Of a stretch of DNA of 10,371 nucleotides, positions 1-6,953 are shown piece after piece. Source of the DNA: a virus (Duplodnaviria; Heunggongvirae; Uroviricota; Caudoviricetes); IMG/VR virus record IMGVR_UViG_2565956719_000006. One strand, 5' to 3'. Positions within the stretch are counted from its first letter, which is position 1; each line of letters opens with the position of its first letter. Both the position numbers and the translations under genes were made by a program. Below the pieces are notes generated by a model. That model was not told where the DNA came from, made no database searches, and saw only the letters and a list, made by a program, of their open reading frames with translations.

Positions 1-8
1 CCGGCAGA

Positions 9-103
9 AGCAGAAAAAGCTTATTATGCTTCCATCGGAAACGATGATCTGGCAGCCTGAGTTCACAGATAAAACACTCTCCAGGAAACCCGGGGCGGTT
101 CAC
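9..103. repeat. Left copy of a perfect inverted repeat of at least 95 bp (partner 10277..10371)
   Basis: Reverse complement of 10277..10371 is identical to 9..103, checked base by base. Identity breaks at 104 and 10276. The right copy runs to the window edge, so the true length is unknown. Confidence 0.9.
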
Positions 104-186
104 CTCACCGTCTGGTCGGTGTCCTGCTGAGACTTATAACTTCCTGTTTTTGTTGGTGTAGTCCTTACACCGTCCAATCATGATTG

Positions 187-211
187 GCTGGCGGGAGTTG
201 AACCCGAGTCC
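187..211 (-). other. tmRNA (ssrA) 3'-end-like fragment, possible att-core remnant
   Basis: Minus strand reads GGACTCGGGTTCAACTCCCGCCAGC. This matches, with one mismatch, the T-arm and acceptor segment of E. coli ssrA as I recall it (GGACGCGGGTTCAACTCCCGCCAGC-TCCACCA). The terminal TCCACCA is absent. Directly abutting is a perfect 14-bp palindrome CCAATCATGATTGG at 174..187. Confidence 0.3.
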
Positions 212-362
212 AAATATCACTAACTTGATGTAATTAATGATTTTTTCGACATTAACTATCTTGCGGATCTTACACGTATCTTTTACTGTTATATCCCAGT
301 CTTCATAACCAACTATGAATAGTAGATAATCTATAAATCCATCGTATAAGAATGACATCGCT

Positions 363-1274
363 ATGACCATACTGGTACCCCCAAGCAAATTTTGCATTTA
401 CTCAGATGATTCTAGGGCTGGGACATTGAACTTCATCAACTCGATTGAATCGATTGGAGTAAAAAATAAAGGTCGAGTTATAGTTGATTTGTCCAAGGTA
501 AAATTTGCCTCAGCTGCGGCATCGGTACTGTTCTTTGCCATAGTAAATAGAGCTCAATTTTTAACCCGGGACCCTAATTTTATACGTTTTAAATGGCCTA
601 AAAAGGATGATAACCCATCTGGGCATAGATGGATCGTTGGTACTGGACTTGCTCGTGCTTTGCTTGCTGGCACAGAAGAGAAACTGAATGCACTTACGAG
701 GGAGGAACGATACTTTCAGTCAGCTGTCGAACCTTACGAGCATATTGTTGAAACAGTACTCATGCTGCAGAAAAGTGCTCTGCTTAATAATGAACAGTTA
801 GGCTTACTGCTGACAGCGATTAGTGAAGCTTTGCTCAATGTTTCTCATCATGCGTATGAAGATGAGGGGTTCGAGTCAGATATTCAGCTTCTCAAAGGTA
901 AACGATGGTGGCAGTGCGCTTGGTTCAATCGTGATGAAAATAAAGTCGTTTTTATCGTTTGTGACCTTGGATTGGGGATTTATAGAAGTTTCGTGCCTAA
1001 TGGTGATGGTCATAGCATTCAAAACGAAGTATCTTCTGTGGAAAGAGCTATGTTAGTAGGGGAATCCCGCTTTGTTGGTTCCGGACGGGGAAATGGCTCT
1101 GAAGATATCAAGAGACCTATTGGGGCAGGTTGTGAGGATAATGAGACACTTCTGATACTAACAGGAAGGGCTCGTTATAGCTATAATTCTAATGACAGTA
1201 GTCCTCGATGTGAGAAGCTAGCTGAGTACATACCGGGTACTTTACTACAATGGTCGCTGGTTCCCAGGAGATGA
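363..1274 (+). CDS. GHKL-superfamily (Bergerat-fold, histidine-kinase-like) ATPase, anti-sigma/RsbW-like class; possible N-terminal STAS-like segment
   Basis: 303-aa ORF with N-box EALLNVSHHAY (aa 155-165), G1 box DLGLG (aa 201-205) and G2 box GSGRGNG (aa 239-245) in canonical order and spacing. N-terminal stretch VIVDLSKVKFASAAASVLF resembles a STAS core motif. Stop lies 4 bp before the next start. The SD is weak, so the start is uncertain. Confidence 0.75.
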   Translation: MTILVPPSKFCIYSDDSRAGTLNFINSIESIGVKNKGRVIVDLSKVKFASAAASVLFFAIVNRAQFLTRDPNFIRFKWPKKDDNPSGHRWIVGTGLARALLAGTEEKLNALTREERYFQSAVEPYEHIVETVLMLQKSALLNNEQLGLLLTAISEALLNVSHHAYEDEGFESDIQLLKGKRWWQCAWFNRDENKVVFIVCDLGLGIYRSFVPNGDGHSIQNEVSSVERAMLVGESRFVGSGRGNGSEDIKRPIGAGCEDNETLLILTGRARYSYNSNDSSPRCEKLAEYIPGTLLQWSLVPRR

Positions 1275-1278
1275 TTTT

Positions 1279-1605
1279 ATGAGAAATATCGTCATAGCGA
1301 AGGAGTTCTCCAGAACACCTTTCGGACGTTACACAACGGATAGCCCACACAGTGCGGAAAGATTTCGTAGAGAGTTTTTGGTGCCTGCGCTGAAGGGTAC
1401 TGAACAGGAGATTGTGGTTGATTTTCGCGGTATAGCACTGGGTGTTGGTTCCTCTTTCTTAGAAGAGGCGTTTGGAGGTCTCATCCGTAAGGAAGGGATA
1501 CCTAAAGCCAACGTTAAAGCACGTTTGATTATAAAAAGTGATGTTCCGTTCTACAAAGAACAGATTGATAAATTTATTGATTTAGCACAACCAGAAAGAG
1601 TATAA
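1279..1605 (+). CDS. Small STAS-like protein (DUF4325-like), candidate partner or substrate of the upstream GHKL ATPase
   Basis: 108-aa ORF with a good SD (AGGAGA) upstream of ATG 1279. Motif EIVVDFRGIALGVGSSFLEEAFGGL (aa 44-68) fits the STAS / DUF4325 pattern (beta-strand, then a Ser-Ser-Phe helix) as I recall the family. Tight spacing to both flanking genes. Confidence 0.7.
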   Translation: MRNIVIAKEFSRTPFGRYTTDSPHSAERFRREFLVPALKGTEQEIVVDFRGIALGVGSSFLEEAFGGLIRKEGIPKANVKARLIIKSDVPFYKEQIDKFIDLAQPERV

Positions 1606-1615
1606 GAGGCGATAG

Positions 1616-2233
1616 TTGATCAGTACGGAACCAATGTCATTAGTAGCACAAATAGGACAGTATTCGTGGTGTATCACAGTAGTTAGCGTCTGCTTAGTTT
1701 TCATTGGATGGCGAGTTGCGTACAATAATTCTGTAAAACTGGCGACACGTTCTGAATCGAAATCAATTATTGATGCTATTTCAAAGTTAGTTATTGAAAT
1801 TTCTGATATTTCTTCTAACTATTGGCTCAGTCAGACAACTCAACCTAAAATTAGAGCATCAAAGCATCGATTGTTAAGGTTGCAAAAGGATAGAACAAAG
1901 GCTTCTGTTTCATACTTGTTAACTATCTTGGCTAAAGCTCAACAAGTTTCCAAACTGATTTGCATTTTGGAAAGCAGAGGACTGTATATACCTGACGAGG
2001 TGTTCTCATCTGTACTAGAGAAAGCAACTCTGGATTGTGAGGTCGCTCACAAGCTTTCAGATGCCGATCGCCCGGTTAAAGCACAAGAAGTAATTGATGC
2101 TTGTATGGGAGTTATCGAAGCGTTACATACTTCTTTTCAAAGGTACCACCCTCCCAAAAAGGATCGTACCTTTATGCAAAGGTTAAAAATTTGGTTTCAA
2201 ACAGTAGACGATTGGCATAATGACTTAAAATAA
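1616..2233 (+). CDS. Membrane-anchored hypothetical protein (one N-terminal TM helix plus charged soluble domain), third gene of the operon
   Basis: 205-aa ORF starting at TTG 1616 with AAGAGG 6 nt upstream (alternative ATG at 1634 has no SD). Hydrophobic segment YSWCITVVSVCLVFIGW near the N-terminus. Starts 11 bp after the upstream stop. Its 3' end overlaps the integrase 3' end by 9 bp. Confidence 0.65.
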   Translation: MISTEPMSLVAQIGQYSWCITVVSVCLVFIGWRVAYNNSVKLATRSESKSIIDAISKLVIEISDISSNYWLSQTTQPKIRASKHRLLRLQKDRTKASVSYLLTILAKAQQVSKLICILESRGLYIPDEVFSSVLEKATLDCEVAHKLSDADRPVKAQEVIDACMGVIEALHTSFQRYHPPKKDRTFMQRLKIWFQTVDDWHNDLK

Positions 2234-3397
2234 AGCCTTTTTATCCTTGATACTTGCCCTCCCATCATACTCTTTCAAGTATTGTCCATAGTGCCTGAAT
2301 AACATTTCAGGCCCTTTATGGCCCATTTGAGCCGCAAGCCAAAACAGGTTTGCTCCCCGGCTGATATGGCTGGTGGCGAATGTATGCCTGGTTTGATATG
2401 GGTTTCTGTAACGAATACCTGCTTTTCGCAATGTTGGCACCCATGCTTTTTTCCTAATTGCATCAGCACTTGCCCAGGGTTTATTGGTCTTTGGATCTTC
2501 AAAGACAGTAGCATCCTTCATGAATGTAAATGGCTTCTGGTTTATCAACGCCAACATTGCTTCTTCAGTCAGTTCAACTTTACGGGTACCGGCTTTTGTC
2601 TTTGTTCCTTTGATAACTCCGACAACACTTGCGCTCTGAACATGGGCTGTTTTTCCAACAAAGTCGATATCATGCCATCGTAGGGCACATAATTCAGAAC
2701 TACGCAGGCCTGTATGTATGGCGAACCGGAACAGATTTTCCCATTGTTTGTTTCCGGCTGCTGCTAGTAATGCATCAACTTCTGCTGGTGATAGCGGATC
2801 AACCACATAGCTGCTTTCTGCTTCTGACTTATCACTTTGGTAGCGCGAAGCTGTTACTAACGATACGGGGTTAATTTGAAGTACCCCATCGGTCACGGCT
2901 TCATCAAGTGCTGACCGTAGGAAAGATAACTGGTTGCGAATGGTTTTTAAGGTTGTTTTCTGGCTTTGAATCCACGCTTTCAGGGTTGCTGGTGTTAATT
3001 CACTTGCAGGGCAAATGTGAAGTGAGGCTAACGCACTACGGCATTTTTTATAGCCACCAATCGTAGAGGGTGAAAGTTTTCTTGTTTCGCAGATTTCAAG
3101 ATATTCGTCCAGGTACATCTTTACCGTTTTGCTTGCAGCAGCATTACCAAAAATTTTCAAACGAGCAGAACGGGGAAAATATTCTGCATAAATGAATGTT
3201 CCCCTTTCGATCTTATTATGGATTTCGCCGAGTGTACGCTCGGCGTATTTAATGTTCTTTGGTGTTACTTCCAGATTGGAAAGCGGCTCACGACATCTAA
3301 CTCCTTTGTAGGTGAAAGTTATATTGATCGTTTCTCCCTGGTGGTGTTTCCTGATTGTTACGCCGCGCGGTAGTTTGAGCAGTTTTGTCTGGCCCAT
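2225..3397 (-). CDS. int: Tyrosine-type site-specific integrase with N-terminal arm-binding (DUF3596-like) domain
   Basis: 390-aa ORF with GAGG SD. N-terminus LPRGVTIRK...ITFTYKGVRCRE is arm-domain-like. Catalytic box residues are present (TGLRSSEL; HxxR in YQTRHTFATS; LAAQMGHKGPEMLFRHYGQY with the terminal Tyr). Confidence 0.95.
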   Translation of the reverse strand: MGQTKLLKLPRGVTIRKHHQGETINITFTYKGVRCREPLSNLEVTPKNIKYAERTLGEIHNKIERGTFIYAEYFPRSARLKIFGNAAASKTVKMYLDEYLEICETRKLSPSTIGGYKKCRSALASLHICPASELTPATLKAWIQSQKTTLKTIRNQLSFLRSALDEAVTDGVLQINPVSLVTASRYQSDKSEAESSYVVDPLSPAEVDALLAAAGNKQWENLFRFAIHTGLRSSELCALRWHDIDFVGKTAHVQSASVVGVIKGTKTKAGTRKVELTEEAMLALINQKPFTFMKDATVFEDPKTNKPWASADAIRKKAWVPTLRKAGIRYRNPYQTRHTFATSHISRGANLFWLAAQMGHKGPEMLFRHYGQYLKEYDGRASIKDKKALF

Positions 3398-3576
3398 TTT
3401 GCAACCTCACTAAGATCAATCCACCTCTCCTTAACGCCTTCAACCTTTAAAACCTGAACACCTTCACGCCAAACACCGCGCTGTACACGTTTGTTTATTG
3501 CTTCAGGAGTTTCGCCAGTTTCTTTGCAATAAGTTGAGATAGGAACACAATCGAGGTTCAGCATACGTTTCTCCAT
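3358..3576 (-). CDS. xis: Excisionase-like small DNA-binding protein (DUF1233/Xis-like)
   Basis: 72 aa from ATG 3576 (MEKRMLNLDCVPISTYCKETGETPEAINKRVQRGVWREGV...). Overlaps the integrase start by 40 bp, the usual xis-int arrangement. An upstream ATG at 3603 would give 81 aa. Confidence 0.7.
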   Translation of the reverse strand: MEKRMLNLDCVPISTYCKETGETPEAINKRVQRGVWREGVQVLKVEGVKERWIDLSEVAKWARQNCSNYRAA

Positions 3577-3605
3577 TATCCCGTCTGCACACGGGAGCAA
3601 CATTA

Positions 3606-4472
3606 TTAACGAATAGTGTCGTTACTTTGAAGTACAGCAAATGCCATTAATACTTCTAAAGTATATCTTCTATAAAATTTAACAAAACCAACATAGAAAA
3701 CATAGACGAAGAAAAAGCTAAGCATTATTGAAAGTAAACTATAAAGATAATCACTATGAGTACATAATCGATAAATAAAGGTTGGAACTGATACCCAAAA
3801 TGAAATTATAAAGATTAAACATATGTTTCTGCAAAAACCATATAATGCAACATAGTTTTGAATTTTTGTTTGATGTTGTTTTGAAAACTCATAAACATAA
3901 TGATATGCCAATCTGAAGAGATCATCATCAAGTCCGTTTTTATCTTGTAATAATTGGCGATTTGTTATGAACTTTTTCTCATAACCTTCTTTGATCATTA
4001 ACCATGTTGTATTAGCTAAATGAAATGGTAGAGATTGAGAATAACATAGTTTTTGTGTTATAAAATCCCATAGTATTATTGGACATAATACGCATTTGAT
4101 TATGCGATTCTTTATTTTTGTTTTTTTATCAGCGCTTCTCTCATCGCATGATGGGCTACAAATGCTTTCTGAGGTATCTATCAATTTTTTAAATAGATAT
4201 TTGGAAGGATATCCTAATTCTTTATTCATGTATTTTTCGATAAAAAATGCTGACGTGATAGAAATAAAATGTCCAGCTATATAAGATATAATAACTATTG
4301 AAGCGTAGTTCAAAATGCCAAAGATTTGACTTTGACCTCTGAGCAATTCACTTAAGTCAATAACAATATCTAGATCGAATGTCAAACCACAGAAATACAT
4401 TAATAGGATAAAAAAACCACCTGGTATTAAATATCCAAGAAAGTCATAGAATGAGAATGGATTTTGATTCAT
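3606..4472 (-). CDS. Polytopic inner-membrane protein of unknown function (AT-rich moron)
   Basis: 288 aa from ATG 4472, preceded by GGAGAG SD (the ORF-track start at 4496 is 8 codons upstream). About 5-6 hydrophobic helices (e.g. FLGYLIPGGFFILLMYFCGLTF, ICLIFIISFWVSVPTFIY, LYSLLSIMLSFFFVYVFYVGFV). Visibly AT-rich compared with neighbours, with an AT-rich 108-bp upstream spacer. Confidence 0.7.
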   Translation of the reverse strand: MNQNPFSFYDFLGYLIPGGFFILLMYFCGLTFDLDIVIDLSELLRGQSQIFGILNYASIVIISYIAGHFISITSAFFIEKYMNKELGYPSKYLFKKLIDTSESICSPSCDERSADKKTKIKNRIIKCVLCPIILWDFITQKLCYSQSLPFHLANTTWLMIKEGYEKKFITNRQLLQDKNGLDDDLFRLAYHYVYEFSKQHQTKIQNYVALYGFCRNICLIFIISFWVSVPTFIYRLCTHSDYLYSLLSIMLSFFFVYVFYVGFVKFYRRYTLEVLMAFAVLQSNDTIR

Positions 4473-4580
4473 TGTTGCTCTCCAATAATTTTTCAATTTG
4501 TAATATAACCTATATCTATATGTTAATAAATTACTTATATGTTCTTTTATGGCAGAGTTTGAATTCGTACGTGCTGATTT

Positions 4581-5105
4581 TTACGACTCAGTTAACTCTT
4601 TAAAGCGTTCCATAAACATCCCATAGGTATGGCCTGGCGACAGTGGAATAACTTTGAACATCTCTGTTGCCGGGATACCTTCCAGTACGGGCCAGAAAGA
4701 GCCATCATCAAGCCCGAGATCGCGGCGTTCGGTTGCCAGCATGATGAGATCGGCATATTTCACGGGCGTACTCATAACCGGGGGTAACCCGTATTTCTCA
4801 CGGATTACGGCGTCTATTTTTTCTTCCATCCGTTTATAGTCAGGAAGAAGGCGTTTCAGTGGCGCCGGGATGTCCTGGCAATACGCTTCTGTTGCATCAT
4901 GCATTAACGCTTCAAAAGCAAATTCCTGCGGTACCAGTTGGCTGCAAAGCACCGCATGTTGGGCGACGCTGTAGAAATGTGAAAGATGTCCTGCAAAGCG
5001 ACAGATATTTGAAAGAGAAACCGCGATATCGTTAATAACGATGTCGTCTTTATTTATCCTGTCATAATAAAAATGCTTCCCGGAAAAAGTTTTAATAAAT
5101 GACAT
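4581..5105 (-). CDS. yfdR: HD-domain phosphohydrolase (YfdR-like, 5'-deoxynucleotidase family)
   Basis: HD motif context HLSHF...ALMHDATEAY. ATG 5105 has a GGAG SD; in-frame GTG starts at 5117 and 5132 are alternatives. Symbol is from my recollection of the E. coli K-12 CPS-53 yfdP-yfdQ-yfdR cluster (120/274/178 aa), which matches the sizes and order here. Confidence 0.8.
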   Translation of the reverse strand: MSFIKTFSGKHFYYDRINKDDIVINDIAVSLSNICRFAGHLSHFYSVAQHAVLCSQLVPQEFAFEALMHDATEAYCQDIPAPLKRLLPDYKRMEEKIDAVIREKYGLPPVMSTPVKYADLIMLATERRDLGLDDGSFWPVLEGIPATEMFKVIPLSPGHTYGMFMERFKELTES

Positions 5106-5199
5106 TTTGTTCTCCACGTATATGCGCTGCACCGCGCTGAATTCTGGTAAAAGAAAGCCCTCACCATCCGGCGATTATTGAGTCAATTACGTTTCCATA

Positions 5200-5221
5200 A
5201 ATGCCCCCGCAGGGGCATTTG
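5200..5221. other. Intercistronic GC-rich hairpin (9-bp perfect stem, 4-nt loop) between the yfdQ-like and yfdR-like genes
   Basis: AAATGCCCC-CGCA-GGGGCATTT. No U-tract on either strand, so it is not a canonical intrinsic terminator. Confidence 0.5.
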
Positions 5222-5232
5222 CAGTAATGAAA

Positions 5233-6057
5233 TCAGGCGGTAAAAGTACCAATAAAGGTTTCTACTTTGCTGTCCTTGAATTTCTCAACAAGCAGATCAC
5301 GAAATTCGTTAGCCATTTCTTCCTGCACTGCTTCCAGCTGAATAATGCGCAGAACCAGTACAGGACGATCGCCAGTGATAATGCTGAGGCGTAATTTAAA
5401 CGGACGTTCTTTCAGGCCTTCAAACGGAACGCATTTAAATTCAAATGCCACTGGCATAATATCTTTGGTCTTCGCTTCGACAGACTCCATCAGGGAGCGT
5501 TTGCCGCTGAAGTCATTGTCTTCAAAATCAGCGGTCTGGTTTGCTTCAATCGTGATTTTACGGACTGCCGCAGCCGCTTTTGTTGCCTGAATAGCATCAC
5601 CATTAGCATCAAAGCCCACAAGGTAGTCGGCCCAGTCTTCAATCCATTCTGCCAGTGACTTCTGGGAGTTACGCTCGCCGTTAACAGACAACAGGGCAGA
5701 GAACGGTGCTGTCTTTTTCAGTTTGAGAGTGGCGGTGTTATCTGCGTGACCAGGCTCATCAATAGTACCCAGGTTAAGCACACTGACGGCACGCATATTA
5801 TCGGCATCGATAAAGCAGCGGGTGCCTTCATCCGCAAGATCTTTAGAATAACGGGTAAAGTCATCGATGCTGGCAGTGGAAAGCGCACCACGGAAACGGA
5901 AGCGATTTAAATTAAATTTTTCCAGATCATGAATGCGGAAATTCTCAGGCAATACCACAGCATCGGCACCAATCTTACTGATAATTTCATTAACACCCTG
6001 AGCAGAAATAAGGGCATGGATTTGATTAATTGCGGTTGCGTCTAAGTTCTGAGACAT
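5233..6057 (-). CDS. yfdQ: YfdQ-like prophage protein (DUF2303 family)
   Basis: 274-aa ORF with GAGGA SD 7 nt upstream of ATG 6057. Length and neighbourhood match my recollection of K-12 YfdQ. Confidence 0.8.
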   Translation of the reverse strand: MSQNLDATAINQIHALISAQGVNEIISKIGADAVVLPENFRIHDLEKFNLNRFRFRGALSTASIDDFTRYSKDLADEGTRCFIDADNMRAVSVLNLGTIDEPGHADNTATLKLKKTAPFSALLSVNGERNSQKSLAEWIEDWADYLVGFDANGDAIQATKAAAAVRKITIEANQTADFEDNDFSGKRSLMESVEAKTKDIMPVAFEFKCVPFEGLKERPFKLRLSIITGDRPVLVLRIIQLEAVQEEMANEFRDLLVEKFKDSKVETFIGTFTA

Positions 6058-6122
6058 AATAAGTCCTCACTATATAAAGATATTCAGTGATGAGATAAAT
6101 AATCAGTTAATTAAGAACGATA

Positions 6123-6485
6123 TTAATGACCTGCTGCGCGGAGTTTTCCGTCAGGTTCACCGGCAAGAGTCAGTAATTGTCCCTGGTCTTCCTGCAGAAT
6201 AGTCAGGCGACCACCGCGATTGACATACATCGGCGTTTCGGTGGTGTCTTCTTCGGAAATTTTCCCGCGGTTAGTCGGACGAACATATGAGAGTTTGTGT
6301 TTTATTTTCACACGGTTCTCATCAAACGGTTCGATTTCCAGGTTGAGCGAGACCTTACCTTTGGTTTTCGTGTTCATCACACCGGAAGCGACTTCACTGA
6401 GAACTGCGCCGATTTTGGTTTCAAATACGCCGCCGTCCAGCTCCCCGATAAATTCCTGCACGTTGGTACTGCGTTCGCTAGCCAT
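6123..6485 (-). CDS. yfdP: YfdP-like small prophage protein
   Basis: 120 aa from ATG 6485 with a strong GAGGAG SD. The ORF-track 226-aa form adds an Arg/Cys-rich, non-protein-like extension running into GC-rich non-coding DNA. Confidence 0.7.
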   Translation of the reverse strand: MASERSTNVQEFIGELDGGVFETKIGAVLSEVASGVMNTKTKGKVSLNLEIEPFDENRVKIKHKLSYVRPTNRGKISEEDTTETPMYVNRGGRLTILQEDQGQLLTLAGEPDGKLRAAGH

Positions 6486-6533
6486 TTTGCTGCTCCTCAT
6501 CATATCGACCCTGCAAGGTCGGTTGGTTTCTCC

Positions 6534-6622
6534 ACAAAACAGAGAAGAACACCTGCGGTGGCAGCCGCCCGGGTGGATTGGGTTATGAGCCCGTCGTCCG
6601 GTGATGCTCTTCTCTGTTTTGT
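6534..6622 (-). promoter_or_regulatory. Candidate structured leader RNA element: 15-bp perfect inverted repeat closing a 59-nt GC-rich loop, with boxA-like motif at its edge
   Basis: 6534..6548 (ACAAAACAGAGAAGA) is the exact reverse complement of 6608..6622. The enclosed segment contains two further short hairpins (GCGGTGGCAGCCGC; CGGGT...GCCCG). Minus strand at 6621..6633 reads CCGCTCTTTTTAC. It lies about 50 nt upstream of the yfdP-like SD. Confidence 0.3.
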
Positions 6623-6953
6623 AAAAAGAGCGGTACCAGCCGGAAGCAAGGGTACAAGCTGGTACCGCCAGGACTACACACAGCATAAAGTTGTGGTGCC
6701 GGGTGCCTCCCGGTGCCTGGCGAAGGTTGCACACCAGGCGGGTGGGTATCCACAGAAGGTCGACTGTCAGCCTCAACCTTAACCCGCGTGCGCTGAGCCG
6801 CATTCACCACAACGCTAAGGATTCTCTCTGGTTGAAAATACTTAGCTGTTATGTGCCTGCTTTTAGCCACATCAGGCGAGGTGGGCCTGGTTATTCCCCA
6901 ACAACAAGGATTCGGCTAATCTGGATGACTCTGTTCTTAGAGGGGATAATTAA

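Noticed and set aside
187-211. A complete tRNA or tmRNA gene
   Set aside because: Only a T-arm/acceptor-like 25-mer is present. Upstream sequence is AT-rich with no D-arm or anticodon arm, and there is no CCA end, so this is at most a fragment.
134-397. 87-aa minus-strand ORF upstream of the operon
   Set aside because: It overlaps the start of the GHKL ATPase gene by 35 bp on the opposite strand, spans the ssrA-like fragment and the palindrome, has no convincing SD, and lies in what looks like an AT-rich promoter region. A small real gene cannot be excluded.
823-1056. 77-aa + ORF inside the GHKL ATPase gene
   Set aside because: Alternative-frame shadow ORF within a gene that has conserved motifs; no SD.
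1329-1511. 60-aa minus-strand ORF inside the STAS-like gene
   Set aside because: Antisense shadow ORF.
2275-2874. Three ORFs (2275..2514 -, 2318..2683 +, 2629..2874 +) inside the integrase gene
   Set aside because: Shadow ORFs within a well-supported integrase frame; Cys/Phe-rich and without SDs.
4096-5590. Short + strand ORFs (4096..4284, 4654..4839, 5345..5590) antisense to the membrane, yfdR-like and yfdQ-like genes
   Set aside because: Antisense shadow ORFs without SDs and with low-complexity translations.
6123-6803. 226-aa extended form of the yfdP-like ORF
   Set aside because: The upstream 106 codons are Arg/Cys/Gly-rich and run through GC-rich non-coding DNA. The internal ATG at 6485 has a strong GAGGAG SD and gives the expected ~120-aa protein.
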